A model generated the notes under the pieces. It did no database searches, was not told the DNA's origin, and saw only the letters and a list, made by a program, of their open reading frames with translations. A stretch of 64,000 nucleotides of DNA from Squalus acanthias (taxonomy: Eukaryota). Shown in pieces: positions 48,651-62,457 of the stretch (the stretch's first letter is position 1; each line of letters begins with the position of its first letter). The position numbers were made by a program, and so were the translations under genes. The DNA lies in contig CM059431.1 of NCBI GenBank assembly GCA_030390025.1, positions 159,032,001-159,096,000 of the forward strand. The letters are read 5' to 3'.

Positions 48651-51290
48651 TTTGTAGTGTTGGAAATCGAAGATGTTCTTCAGAGGATAAGACCAGAATC
48701 CATTTGGTTAGAGTTGAGGAGCAAAAAGGGTATTATCACGCTATTGGGGTATTCTACAGGCCTCCAAATAGTGAGAGGAAGGCAGAGGAGCAAATTTGCA
48801 GGGAAATCGCAGAGATATGCAAGAGCTATAGAGTGGTGCTATTGGGGGACTTTAGTTACCCACATAGCGATTGGAATAGTGCTCGGGTAAAGGGAAAGGA
48901 GGGGCTGGAATTTATGAAATGTATTCCGGAAAATTTCCTTGACCAGTATGTTCTTGGCCCAACTAGGAAGGAGGCATTGCTGGATCATGTGCTGGGGAAT
49001 GAGGTGGGCCAGGTCTGTGGGAGGACACTTGGGTAGGAATGATCATCATAACATAAGATTTAGATTAGCAATGGAAAGGAGCAAGGAGCAATCCAGGGTG
49101 GAACTTCTAGACTGGAATAGGGCTAACTTCAATGGGATGCGAAAGGATCTACCCAGGGTAAAATGAACCTAAGGCTGACAGGCAAAACTGTAACGGTACA
49201 ATGGGTGATCTTTAAGTAGGAGATATTCCAAGTACAGACGAGGTACATTCCGACAAGACGGAAGGGTAAGGGAACCAAAGCAAGGGCTTCTCGGATGACG
49301 CGGGAGATCGAGAAGATGTTGAAGCAAAAATAGAGGGTCTACGATGAATGTCAGGTGAATTCTTCAAGGGAGAATCAGACCAAATACAATAAGTTCAGAG
49401 AGAAAGTGAAGATGAAAATAAGATTGGCAAAGACAGAATATGAGAGTACAATTGTGGTTAACATAAAAGGGAACACAAGAATCTTCTACCGGCATGTAAA
49501 CATTAAGCGGGTAGTAAGAGGCGGGGTGGGGCATATTCGGGACAAAGAAGGTGATATGTGCTTAGAGGCGCAGGGCAAGGCTAGAATACTCAATGAGTAC
49601 TTTGTATCGGTGTTTACTGAGGAGGTGGACGCTGACAAAATATCGGTATAAGTGGAAAAGGTAAAAGCAATGGAAGGGGGAAAATTGATAGACAGGATGT
49701 ACTAAAAATGCTGGATATGCTTAGAGTGGATAAGTCGCCTGGTCTCGAGGACTTGCATCCCAGGTTGCGAAGGGAATTGGGTGAGGAGATGGAAGAAGGG
49801 CTTGCCATAATTTTCCAATCTGCCCGAAATGCGACGGAGGTGGCTGAGAATTGGAATGTGGCAAATGTGACACGATTGTTCAATAAAGGGTGTAAGGACA
49901 ATCCTAGCAACTACAGGAGGGTCAGCTTAACATCAGTCGTGGGTAAAGTTTTAGAAACAATAATCAAGTAAAATTTAACGGGCACTTGGAGAGGTTTAAG
50001 CTAATTAAGGAGAGCAAAAAAGTATTTGTAAACGGCAGATCGTGTTTGACTAATTAATAGAATTTTTTGATGAAGTAACAGGGAGGATTGATGAAGGGAA
50101 TGCAACGGATGTTGTCAACATGAATTTCAGTACGGATTCTAACAAAGTACCACACAGAAGGCTAGTTAACAAAATTGAGGATCATAGAATAGGTGGGTCA
50201 GTGTCAACTTGGATAAGGAATTGGCTTAAGGACAGAAAAAAGCGAGTGGTGCTAAGTGGCTGTTTTTCAGACTGGAGGATGGTAGACAGTGATGTTCCCA
50301 AGGGTCAGTGCTGGGGCCACTGTTTTTTTGATATACATAAATAACGTGTATATTGGAATACAGAGCAGAATTTCAAAATCTGCAGATAACACCAAACGTG
50401 GGCGTGTGGCAAACAGTGATGACGATATCAATTGACTGCAGCACGGCATGGAAAGGCTAGCAGAATGGGCAGACAAGTGGCAGATGGAATTTAATAAAGA
50501 GAAGTGTGAGGTGATGCATTTTGGCAGAAGCAACAGAGAGAATCAATATACTCTTAATGGCACAGTTTTGAAGCGTGTGCAGGGACAGAGGGCCCTGGGA
50601 GTTAATGTGCATAGGTCCCTGAAGGTGGTGGATATATTGAGAGAGTGTTTAGCAAAGCATATGGGATCTTGGGCTTCGTAAATAGAGGTCTTGAGTACAA
50701 TAGTAGAGAAGTTATGCTGAACTTTTATAAAGCGTTGCTTCGGCCACAACTGGAATATTGGTTCCAATTCTGGTCACTAAACTTTAGGAAGGATGTGAAG
50801 GCACTTGAGAGGGTGCAGCGGAGATTTACCAGAATGGTTCCATGGATGGGAGATTTTAGCTACAAGGACAGGTTGGAGAAGCTGGATTTGTTTTCATTGG
50901 AACAAAGGAGGTTGAGAGGTGATTTGATAGAGGTGTACAAGATTATGACGGGTTCGGATAGGCTAGACGGGGAAGGGCTGTGCCTACTTGTTGATGGTAC
51001 AGGAGTAGGGGACACAGCTTTAAGGTGTTGGGCGAGAGGTATAGGGGGGATGTGAGGAAAAATATATTTTACGTAGCGACTGGTGAGGACCTGGAAATGG
51101 CTGCCGGCGGACGTGGTGGAAGCGGAGACACTCAATGTTTTCAAGGGGTGGCTGGATCGGCACTTGAGGGCAATAAACTTGCAGGGTTACGGGGGTAGAG
51201 CGGTGGAATGGGACTGACTCAATTGCTGTAAAGAGAGCCGGCACGTACTCGATCGGCCGAATGGCCTCCTTCTGTGCCGTTAAGACTCTG

Positions 51291-52037
51291 TGGGCAGGAT
51301 TTTGTCTTGGGGTCGGGTTGGGGTCGTGTCATCCGCATTTCGTGTTCCCCCACCGACTCCAGATTAATGTGGATGAATGGTGCAATTTTCACTTAATTGG
51401 GCAATTGAGTTCCAGCATGTGGGAACCCATGAACTAATTAGTGGTTTCAGTCTGAAAGTCGCCTCTGATTATGTCATAATTGCTGACTGCCTGGTCTCAG
51501 AGACTGTCTGGCTGTTGGTGAGAGAGGACCTGGCTTTTGATGTGAGTGGACTTGGATGCAAAATGTGAAAGGAGAGAGAGAGAGAGAGAGAGAGGGAGAG
51601 AATTTTATTTGCATCCAATTCCTCTCACAGTCTCTGAAGCAACATCAGAGGCGACTTTCACACCTAATACTACTACTACCTTCATCACATCTCCGTTGCA
51701 ATAGTGGAACTGCAGCTGACTATTAGCTATCCAGTTGTGCTCCCGCCAGGTTTCACTGGAGTGTTTCACATCAGGCGTACTTCACGTCGCAAAAGGGTTA
51801 AACTAGCTAAAACGTTTCAAAATGTTATTACAGAGCCAATTTAGGGCTTGTTAAGGGCTTTAATGGCTTCTCCCGCCTTTTGGAGGGGGGATAGAGTCGG
51901 GAACCCCATGACTGATTTTGTCAAAATTGAGTGGAAGCGGGATGGAATCGGGCTGGTGTCGGGACCCACGACCCCGCAAATTTAACCCCCAACACGCCTC
52001 CAAACACGACTCCATTGGGTCATTCAAAATCCAGACC
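51291..52037. mobile_element. MITE-like DNA transposon inserted in a CR1 tail; partial second copy at ~62180-62455
   Basis: Imperfect TIRs gggcaggatttt / aaaatccagacc; 51310-51530 resembles 62195-62425. Confidence 0.65.
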
Positions 52038-52074
52038 TATGAGTCTATAACTCTATGATTTAACCGGAATGCCT

Positions 52075-55000
52075 AGAAACATAAAAACATGGAAGATAGG
52101 AGCAGGAGTAGGCCATTCGGCACCTCAAGCCTGCTCCGCCATTCGATGAGATCATGGCTGATCTTCCAAACTCAGTACCCTGTACCTGCCTTCTCCCCAT
52201 ATCCCTTGATACCTTTAGCTTTAAGAAATATAACTAACTCATTCTTGAATATATTTAATGACTTGGCCTCAACTACCTTCTGTGGTAGAGAATTCCACAG
52301 GTTCACCACTCTCTGGGTGAAGAAATTCTTCCTCATTTCTGTCCTAAATGGCTTACCCGTTATCCTTAGATTATGAACCCTGGTACTGGACTCTCCGAAC
52401 ATCAGGAACATTCTTCCTGCATCTAGTTTGTCCAGACCTGTCAGAATTTTATATGTTTCGATGAGATCCCCTCTCATTCTTCAATACTCCAGCGAGTATG
52501 TGCCCAATCGATGCAATCTCTCCTCACATGTCATTCCTGCCATCCCAGGTATCAGCCTTGTGAATCTTCGCTGAACTCCTTCCATGGCAAGAACATCCTT
52601 CCTCAGATAAGGCGATCAAAACTGCCCACAGTACTCAAGGTGTGGTCTCACCAAATCTCTGTACAACTGCAGCAGGACATCCCTGTTCCTATACTCAAAC
52701 CCTTTCGCTATGAAGGCCAACCTACCATTTGCCTTCTTCACCGCCTGCTGCACCTGCATGCTTACTTTCAGCGACTAGTGCACAAGGACACCTAGGTCAC
52801 GTTGCAATTCCCCTTTCCCCAATCTATTGCCATTCAGATATTAGTCTGCCTTTCTGTTTTTGACACCAAAGTGTATAACCTCGCACTTATCCACGTTATA
52901 TTGCATCTGCCACGCTTCTGCCCACTCACCCAACCTGTGCAAATCATCCTGGAGTTTCTCGGTATCCTCTTCGCAGCGCACAATCCCACCCAGCTTTGTT
53001 TCATCTGCAAACTTGGAGATATTACATTTAGTTCCCTTATCTAAAACATTAATATGTATTGTGAATAGCTGGGGTCCAAGGACCGATCGCTGCGGTACAC
53101 CACTAGTCAGAGCTTGCCACTCGGAAAAAGACCCATTAATTCCTAATCTCTGCTTTCTGTCTGCCAACCAGTTCTCTATCCAAGTCAACACCTTGCCCCC
53201 AATCCCATGTGCCTTAACTTTACACGCTAATCTCTTATGCGGGACCTTATCAAAAGCCTTTTGGAAGTCCAAATAAACCACATCTACTGGTTCTCCATGA
53301 TCTATTTTCCCAGCTACATCCTCAAAAAATTCCAGTAGATTAGTCAAGCATGATTTACCTCTTGTAAATCCATGTTGACTTTGTCCGATCCTGTCACTGT
53401 TTTTCAAGTGCTCAGATATTACATCCTTTATAATGGACTCTAGCATTTTCCCCAACACCGAAGTCAGGCTTACCGATCTGTAATTCCCCACTTCTCTCTA
53501 CCACCCTTTTTGAATAGTGGGGTAACATTGGCTACCCTCCAATCCATGGGTACAGTTCCAGATTCCATCGAATGTTGGAAGATGATCAGCAATGCATCTA
53601 CTATTTCTAGGGCCACTTCCTTAAGTACCCTAGGATGTAGATTATCAGGCCCTGGGGATTTATCGACCTTCAATCCCGTCAATTTCCCTAACTCCATTTC
53701 CCTACAAATACTGATTTCTTTCAGATCCTCCCTTTCATCAGACCGTATGTTCTCCAACTTCTCTGGGAGGTTATTTCTGTCCTCCTTTGTGAAGACAGAA
53801 CCAAAATATGCATTTAATTCGGTCAGCCATTTCTTTGTTCCCCATTATAACTTGGCCCGCTTCTGACTGCAAGGAACCTACACTTGATTTCACTAATCTT
53901 TTTCTCTTCACATATCTATAAAAGCTCTTACTGTCAGTTTTTATGTTCCCAGCAAGCTTACTTTCATATTCTATTTTCCCCTTCTTAATTAATCCCTTTG
54001 TCCTCCTTTCTTGAATCCTAAACTGCTCCCAATCCTCAGGGCTACCGCTTTTACTGGCCAATTTAAAAGCCCTCTTCTTGGATCTTATGCTATCCCTAAT
54101 TTCCCTTGTTAGCCACGGTTGAGTCACCCTTTTTGTTTTATTCTTATGCCACACTGGGATGAACAAATTCTGTAGTTCATCCATGCAGTCTTTAAATGTT
54201 TGCCATTGCCTATCCACCGTCAACCCCTTGAGTGACATTCCCCACTCATTCCTACCCAATTCGCGCCTCATACCATCGTAGTTTCCTTTATTTAAATTCA
54301 GGACGCTTGTCTCTGATCCAACGACTTCGCTCTCCATCCTAATGAAGAATTCTATCATATTATGATCACTCTGACCCAAGGGGCCTCGTACAACAATATT
54401 GCTAATTAATCCTTTCTCGTTACATAATACCCAGTCTAAGATGGCCTGATCTCTGGTTGGTTCCTCGACATATTGTTCCAGAAAACCATCTCGTAAACAT
54501 TCTAGGAATTACTCCTCCACAGTATTTTTACTAATTTGGTTAGCCCAATCTATATGTAAATTTAAGTCACCCATGATGACTGCTGTGCCCTTACTGCATG
54601 CTTCTCTAATTTCCCTTTAAATGCCGTCCCCAACCTCTGTATTACTGTTTGGAGGACTATATAACACTCCCACTAACGTTTTCTGCCCCTTGTTATTTCT
54701 CACTTCTACCCATACAAATTCCGCATCATCAGAGCTAATATCCTTCCTTTCAATTGTGTTAATCCCCTCTTTAACCAGCAATGCTTCCCCACGTCCCTTT
54801 CTTTTTTGCCGATCTTTCCGAAATATTGAATAACCCTGGATGTTGAGTTCCCAGCCTTGGCCAACCTGGAGCCATGTTTCTGTAATCCCAATCAAATCGT
54901 ATTCATTTACCTCTATTTGCGCAGCTAATTCATCCACCTTGTTCTGAATGCTCCTTGCATTAAGGCACAAAGCCTTCAGGCTTGATTTTTTAACGCTCTC

Positions 55001-56661
55001 AGACCTATATGAATTATTATTTACTGTGACCATGTTTGATTTAAACCGTTGAGTTCTTTGCCTTCTACTTTTGTTTTTATCCTTCCTGTCTTTAGCTTTT
55101 ATCATTGTTTCCCTTTCCTCTGTCTCGCTGCTCAGGTTCCCAACCCCATGCCACTTTAGTTTTCACCCTTCCCAAAAGCACCAGCAAACACTCCCCGTGG
55201 GACAACGGGCACGGCCCTGCCCAGGTGCAGACCATCCCGTTTGTACTGGTCCCACCTCCCCCAGAACCGCTTCCAATGTCCAAGGAATTTGAATCCCTCC
55301 GCCTTGCACCATTCCTCTAGCCACGTATTCATTTGAAATATCCTCCTATTTCTACTCTGACTAGCACGTGGCACTGGTAGCAATCCTGAGATTAATACCT
55401 TTGAGGTCCTCTTTTTTAATTTACCTCCAAACTCCCTATATTCTGCTTTTAGGACCTCACCCGTTATTTACCTATATCGTTGATGCCTATGTGCACCACG
55501 ACAACTGGCTGCTCGCCCTCCCCCTCCAAAATGTTCTGTAGCCGCTCCGAGACGTCCTAGACCCTTGCACCAGTGTGGCAACACACCATCTTGGAGTCTC
55601 GTTTGCGGCCGCAGAAACGCCAATCTATTCCCCTTACAATTAAATCCCCTATCACTATAGCTCTTCCACACTTTTACCTCCCAGCCTGTGCAGCAGAGCC
55701 ACCCATGATGCCAGGAAGTTGGCTGCTGCCGCGTTCCCCTGATAATTCATCCCCCCAACAGCATCCAAAGAGGTATACTTGTTTGAGAGGGGGATGGTCA
55801 CAGGGGACCCCTGCACTACCTGCCTGCAGCTCTTACTCTGCCTGGTGGTCACTCATTCACTTCCTGCCAGTACACCCTTTACCTGCGGTGTGACCAACTC
55901 GCTAAACGTGTTATTCACGACGTTCTCAGCGTCGCGAATGCTCCAATATGCATCCATCTGCAGCTCCAGCGCCGCAATGCGGTCGGTCAGTAGCTGCAGC
56001 TGGATACATTTCCCACACACATGGTCGTCAGGGACACAGGAAGTGTCCCTGATTTCCCACATATTGCAGGAGGAGCATATCACGGCGCCGAGCTCTCCTG
56101 CCATGAATTACCCTTAAATTAATTAATTAAAATTAAACTAATTGAATCCCACCAATTTCACTTCAATTAAATGATATACTCAAGGGCCCTTGCTTAACAG
56201 CAGTCCCCGCTACAACACAGAGACTCTAGAAACTATAAACCACAGAATTTAAGGATGGAAAAAAGGAGAAAAAGAGAAATACTCACCAAACAATCACATA
56301 CCTGCTCTCTGGTGACGTCACACTTTGATTATGTTCTACTTCTCTCTCTCCTGCTCTCGGGGCTCAGATTGGCCTACCTGCTCTCCGCCTCTTTTACACC
56401 CGCCGCCTCGCCGCTGTCGCTCCACCCAGGTCCGCAGCCTCTGTGGGCCTACCTGGTCGCCGCCTCTTTTACAGCCGCCGCCTCGCCGCTGTCACTCCAC
56501 CCAGTCCGCCGCATCTGTGGGACTAGATGGTCGCGTACTCTTTTACAGCCGCCGCCTCGCTGCTGTCGCTCCACCCAGGTCCACCGCCTTTGTGGGCCTA
56601 CCTGGTCGCCGCCTCTTTTACAGCCGCCGCCTCACCGCTGTCGCTCCACCCAGGTCTGCCG
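52075..56661 (-). mobile_element. Apparently full-length decayed CR1 with 75-bp monomer 5' end
   Basis: ORF1 ATG at 56104, then esterase, APE and RT in order; tail at ~52075; monomers 56371-56661. Confidence 0.93.
56371..56661 (-). repeat. ~75-bp GC-rich tandem monomers (~4 units) at a CR1 5' end
   Basis: ctctttt recurs at 56389, 56464, 56538 and 56613. Confidence 0.9.
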
Positions 56662-58884
56662 CATGCAGCATTCGCAAAAAATAGATGAATGATTAGCGCA
56701 GATAGAAATTAACAGGTTTAATCTAATAGCCATAACGGAGACGTAGTTGCAAAGTGGCCAAGGTTGGGAATTAAATATTCCAAGATTGTTAACATTTAGA
56801 AGAGGTAGGCAAAATGGAAAAGGACGAGGGGTAGCCCTGATAATAATGGATGAGATGAAGACAGTCGAGAGAAAGGATCTTAGCTCCGAAAATCAAGAAG
56901 AAAAATCAGGTTGGGTGGCACTAACAATTGGCAAGGGGCAGAAAATATTGGTAGCAGTCGTTCATAGGCCCCCAAACAGTACCTGTAATGTAGGGCACAG
57001 TATAAATCAGGAAATTAGAAGCGCATGCAACAAGGATAATACAGAAATAATGGGGGACTTTAATATGAATATAGACTGGGCGAACCATATTTTGAGTAAT
57101 AGTGTGGAGGACGTATTCATGGAATATATGCCAGGTAGTTTTCTAGATCAGTATGTTGAGGAACCAACTGGGGAACAGGCTATTTTAGATCTGGAATTGT
57201 GCAATGACAAAGCTTTACTGAATAACCTTGTAATAAAAGGGCCTTTAGGGAAGAATGACCATGATACGATAGAACCTTATATTGAATTTGAAAGTGATTT
57301 AGTTAAATCGAAACTAGGGTCTAATTCTAAACAAAGCAAACTACGTAGTTATGAGGGACGAATAGGTTCAGGTAGATTGGGAAATTATATTAAAAGGTAT
57401 GATGATAGATATACAATGGCTAGCATTTAAATTTTTAATACATTGTTTACAACTAATATACATTCCTTTAAGGCACCAAAACCCCGCAACAAAATTGATG
57501 CAATTATGGTAACAAGAGAAGATAAAGATAGTATTAGATCAAAGGAAGAGACTTATAACGTTGCCAGAAAGAGCAGTAAGCCTGAGGATTGGGAGGATTT
57601 TAGAATTCAGCAAAGGAGGACCAAGAAATTGATAAAGAAAGGGAAAATAGAATTGGAGAGTAAACTTGCGAGAGGCATAAAAACAGACTGTAAAAGCTTC
57701 TATAGGTATGTAAAAAGGAAAAAAATCGCAACAGTAAACCTGAGTCCCTTACAGGATGAGACAGGAGCAATTATACTGGGAATTAAGGAATTGGATGTGA
57801 AATTAAACAAATACTTTGTGTCTGTCTCCACGGAGGTAGACGCTAAAAACCCCCCTGAAATAGTGGAAAACCAAGTGTCTAGCGAAAATGAGGAACTGAA
57901 AGAAATTATTTACAGTAAAAAAAGGTACTGGAGAAATTATTCGGTCTGAAAGCCAATAAATTCCCTGGACCTGATGGCTCACATCCGAGGTTGCTGTAGA
58001 GATAGTGGATACATTGCTTGTCATTTTCCCAAATTCTAGATTCTGGAACGGATCTCGTGGATTGGAAGGAAACAAATGTAATCCCATTATTTAAGAAAGG
58101 AGGGAAAGAGAAAACGGGGAACTACAGAGACGTTAGCCTGACATCAGTAGTCGGGAAAATTTTGGTTTCTATTATTAAGGATGAGGTGACAGGGCACTTA
58201 GAAAATAGTAGTTGGATTGGGCAGAGTCAACACGGATTTATGAAAGGGAAATCGGGTTTAACGAATCTGTTAAGTGTTTTTTGAGGTTGTAACTAGCAGA
58301 ATAGATAAGGGGGAACCAGTTGATGTGGTGTATTTGGATTTTCAGAAGGCATTCGATAAGTTGCAAAACAAGAAGTTATTAAACAAAATTAGGGCGCATG
58401 TGATTGCGGGTAATATACTTGCATGGATTGAGGATTGGTTCACGGACAGAAAACAGAGAGTAGGAATAAACGGGTCATTTTCGTGTTGGCAGACTGTTAC
58501 TAGTGGGGTACCGCAAGGATCATTGCTTGCGCCTCAGCTATTCACAATCTACATCACTGATTTGGATGAGGAGACCAAATGTAAGATACCCAAGTTTGCT
58601 GATGATACAAAGCTGGGTGGGAAAGTAACTTGTGAGGAGGATGAAAGGAGGCTTCAAGGGGATATAGACTGGATAAGTGAGTGGGCAAGATTATGTCAAA
58701 TGTAATATAACGTGGAGAAATGTGAAGTTATCCACTTTGGTAGAAAAAATAGAAAGGCAGAGTAATTTTAAATCGTGAGTGATTGGGAAATGTTGTTGTT
58801 CATCGGGTCCTGGGTGTCCTTGTACACGAATCACTGAAAGTTAACATGCAAGTACAGTAAACATTTAGGAAAGCAAATTATATA

Positions 58885-59193
58885 TATTCACAGAATCACC
58901 ACAATGCAGATAGAGGCCATTTCGGCCCATCGAGCCTGCACCCGACACATATCCCACCCTATCCCCGTAAACCCACGTATTTAATCCCCCTAACACTAAG
59001 GGTCAATTTATCATAGCCAAATCAACCTAACCTGCACATCTTTGGACTGTGGGAGGAAACCGGAGCACGCGGTGGAAACCCACGCAGACACGGGGAGAAT
59101 GTGCAAACTCCACACAGACAGTCCCCCGTGGCCGGATTCGAACCTGAGTCCCTGGCGCTGTGAGGCAACAGTGCTAACCACTATGCCGCCGTG
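58885..59193 (-). mobile_element. tRNA-derived HE1/V-SINE
   Basis: Minus-strand A box tagtggttag, B box GGTTCGAATCC (59144-59134), V-domain-like gtgtggagtttgcacattctccccgtgtctgcgtgggttt, CR1-like tail. Confidence 0.85.
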
Positions 59194-59525
59194 TCGGCCT
59201 TTATTACAAGAGGATTTGAGTATAAGTGCCAAGACGTCTTACTGCAATTATATAGGATCCTGGTTAGACCACACCTGGATTATTCGAAGAGTAAGAGGTG
59301 ATCTCATTGAAACATACAAAATTCTTACAGGGCTTGACAGTGTAGATGTAGGGAGGATGTTTCCACTGGCTGGGGATTCTAGAACCAGGGGTCACTGACT
59401 CAGAATAAGGGGTCGGCCATTTAGGCCAGGGCTGAGGAGAAATGTCTTCATTCAGAGGGTGGTGAACCTTTGAAATTCTCTACCCCAGAGGGCTGTGGAG
59501 GTTCAGTCGTTGAGTATATTCAAGA

Positions 59526-59859
59526 TGTGGAGATGCCGGCGTTGGACTGGGGTGGACAAAAATGAGAAGTCGCACAACACCAGGTTATAGTCCAACAGAT
59601 TTATTTAATTTTACAAGCTTTCGAAGCAATTCGCTCCTTCGTCAGGTAAGTTAGCAATGAGAGAATCTCCCAGAATTCACAATTTAAACCCAGACAAAAT
59701 TTATTCACATTATTCCCTACAACAAAGAGCAAAGCCAAGACAATGAGATGTGTCCCAGGGGGTCCAACGTGTCAAACCACCTGCTGGCTGCATATCCTGT
59801 CAATTTGTGTTCTTGTGTTAGCCTTTTTAAAAAAAAACACCTGGGAAGACCGGCCCGAC
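59526..59859 (-). mobile_element. Short PLE-like non-autonomous insertion with a 16-bp TSD and a hammerhead motif
   Basis: TTGAGTATATTCAAGA at 59510-59525 and 59860-59875; hammerhead at 59611-59649. Confidence 0.75.
59611..59649 (-). ncRNA. Minimal type I hammerhead ribozyme (different family)
   Basis: Minus strand TTAC-CTGACGA-A-GGAGC(GAATT)GCTTC-GAAA-GC-TT-GTAA; palindromic AGCT stem III; stem I TTAC/GTAA. Confidence 0.78.
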
Positions 59860-60058
59860 TTGAGTATATTCAAGACAAAGATTCATAGATTTTTTTATAT
59901 TAAGGGCAGCAAGGGAATTGGGGATAGTTCAGGAAAGTGGAGATGAGGTAGAAGATCAGTCATGATCTTATTCAATGGTGGAGCAGGCTCGTGGGACTAA
60001 ATGGCCTAATCGTGCTCCTACTTTTTATGTTCTTATGTTCTTAGATGGAAAAATACTC

Positions 60059-60242
60059 GTCTAGAAATTCATCTCGGTCGGTGGCAAAAAGCGGGGTTAT
60101 CGGATCGGCCGCCCGTTATACGCCGTGCCTGAGATTCAGTTCCATTGATTGCAATAGAGCTGAATATCAGCCGCTGCGAATAACTGGCGGCCGATCTCAT
60201 ACCGCCCGTTTGTTGACGCCGCCCGAAACCAATTTATGAGCC
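60059..60242. mobile_element. Short fold-back MITE; half copy at 44582-44670
   Basis: gatcggccgcc...ggcggccgatc internal inverted repeat; shares atcggatcggccgcccgttatacgc with 44622-44647. Confidence 0.65.
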
Positions 60243-60479
60243 AAGATTTCCTGTGATGGGGAGTCCAGAACAAGGGCATAAACTTAAAATTAGAACTCGG
60301 TCGCTCAGGGGTGATTTCAGAAAGCATTTATTTACACAAAGCGTAGTGGGAATCTCAAACGCTCTACAACAAAAAGCTATTAAGTCTGGGTCAATTGAAA
60401 AATAAAAACTGATATTGATAGATATTTTTTAGTCAACTACATTACAGGTTAGGGTGAGAGACGTTCCTCTCTTGGTCCC

Positions 60480-62170
60480 ATTGTTATCTTTCGAATCTTA
60501 GTCAAAGAATCGTTGCAATGGCGTGTATTCCCACTCTTACATCGTTACCTCTGGAGTCCCCCAATGATCTATCATTGGTCCTCTTCTATTTCATCTCTAC
60601 ATGCTTCCCCTTGGCAGCCTCATCTGAAAACACAATGTCACGTTACACATGTACGCTGACGATGCACATCTCTACCTCACCACCTAATCTATCGTCCCCT
60701 CCACTTGCCCTGATGAGTCACAATCCTTATGCTACATGCAGTACTGGATGAGCAGAAACTTACTACAACTAAATATTTTGAATACATGAGCCAATCATTG
60801 GCCCAGAAATTTGACTCGGAGGCTTGCCGCGGGGGTAAGGATCGCACGCGTTGTGTTTTGGGCCCACAGGAACTTCGGGTCCTGGGCCTCACCCTAGTGC
60901 CGGCGCGCAGTGTGTGCGTGTCCCAGGGGCGCTGTTAGTGCGATGCGACCTCTGGGATCACGTGTGCCATGGAGAGCCAATGGCAGCAGACCATCTTTCA
61001 TTCATAGATTTGACAGGAGACCCGTCAAATCTGTGAATTGAAACACACCCCAAAAGAACAGCTAAACCTCAAATACATTTAAAAATAACCATCACATTAA
61101 TAAAATATCTAAAGTTAAATAAATTAACCACTTTAAACAAAAATTAAAGTGTTTGGAAAAAATAAAACATTTTTTAAAACTTATAAAAATAAAATTACCT
61201 TTCTTTAAAGTCTCTAAAAAAGATAAATCTGTTGAAAAAAATTAAAATTTATACTTAATTAACTACTTACCTTGTTCAAAAGGGGTCTTACGCCTCCTTT
61301 TAACTTGTGTAAAATCTTCCCTACTAACCCTCGCGTTGAAACCTGAAAAAAAACCTAAGTGTGCTGCTTGCTCACAGCCTCTAGTGCGCACATGGTTCAC
61401 CTCGGAACCGCCTTCTTCGCCATACCGGAAGTGCCGGTTTCCCGCGCATGCGCAGTACATGCAGGAAACCGGCACTTCGGGACCCAATACGGGTGAGTAG
61501 GCAGCGGGTACTCTCCCGTATTCGGCCTAATTTTTGGGCCATTGTCTTCCATTGCACCAGTAACTTTGTTCTCTAGCCAGTAACTCCATCGCGCTCACTG
61601 CCCATTGTCTGAAGCTGATACAGACGGTTCGCCACCTTGGTGTTGTATTTGAGCCCTAAATGATCTTCCGACCACATATCCGCTCCAACGACAAGACTGC
61701 TAACATCCAGCTCCGTAACTTCGCCCGTCTCTTCCCCTGCCTCAGCTCATCTGCTGCTGAAACTTTCATTCAAACCTTTGTTACATCTAGCCTTGACTAT
61801 TCCAATGCTTTCCTGGACGGCCTCCCACCTATCACAATTAATCAACTTGATCTTATCCTAAACTCCGCTGCAAGTATGCTAACTCGTACCAAGACCAGTT
61901 CACCCATTACCCCAGTGCTTCTGACCTGCTTTGGCTCCCGGTCCGGCAAAGCCTTGGTTGTAAAATTCTCAAGCATGTTTTCAAATCCGTCCATGGCTTT
62001 GCCCCTCCTTATCTCTGTAACTTCCTCCAACCTCACAACCCACCGAGATCTCTGCACTCCAACGAATGCGCAACCCCGATTTTCACCGCCCTGTCTTCAG
62101 CTGCCTAGGCCCTAAACTTAGGAATTCCCTCCCGAAACCTCTCTGACATTCTAACGCTCGCTCCTCCTTT
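60480..62170 (+). mobile_element. Old L2-clade LINE remnant interrupted by a MITE
   Basis: Degenerate 'HMYADD' and AAETFIQTFVTSSLDYSNAFLDGLP...ITPVL, typical of L2 ORF2. Confidence 0.8.
60800..61540 (-). mobile_element. Harbinger-like MITE (third copy) with ATT TSD
   Basis: ATT|GGCCCAGAAATT...AATTTTTGGGCC|ATT; reverse complement of the 47890-48650 family. Confidence 0.85.
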
Positions 62171-62457
62171 CAGACACGAAGACACGGCTTTTGAAACTGG
62201 GGCGTGTTGCGGTCGCGTCATTCACTTTTCGTGTTATTCACCCGACTGCAATTGGAGGTGGGAGATTGATGCAATTTTCACCTAATTTGGCAATTGATTT
62301 CCAGCATTTGGGAACCCATGAACCAATTAGTGTTTTCATCTGAATGTCGCCTCTGATGATGTCATCATTGCTGCTGCATTGAAGGTCTTCAAAGACTGCC
62401 TGGGCTTTGCTGTGAGAGGACCTGCAAACTAAGCAGCAGCGCTAAGTCTGCTCCCAG

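Larger units (their letters stand above)
46400..52060 (+). mobile_element. Near full-length decayed CR1 with two MITE insertions
   Basis: ORF1 (CRNC...CSKC, CCLPGARVKDIS), APE and RT fragments; tail split by the MITE at 51291. Confidence 0.9.
56662..60043 (+). mobile_element. Decayed CR1 ORF2 with SINE and PLE-fragment insertions
   Basis: HRPPNS, GDFN, YLDFQKAFDK, KFADD; tail ttatgttcttatgttctt. Confidence 0.92.

Noticed and set aside
56255..56692. Repetitive Pro/Ala-rich ORFs, and the many short antisense ORFs over CR1/PLE
   Set aside because: By-products of GC-rich monomers or shadows of element coding strands.
59120..59193. tRNA gene
   Set aside because: It is the tRNA-derived head of a SINE, continuous with the SINE body and tail.
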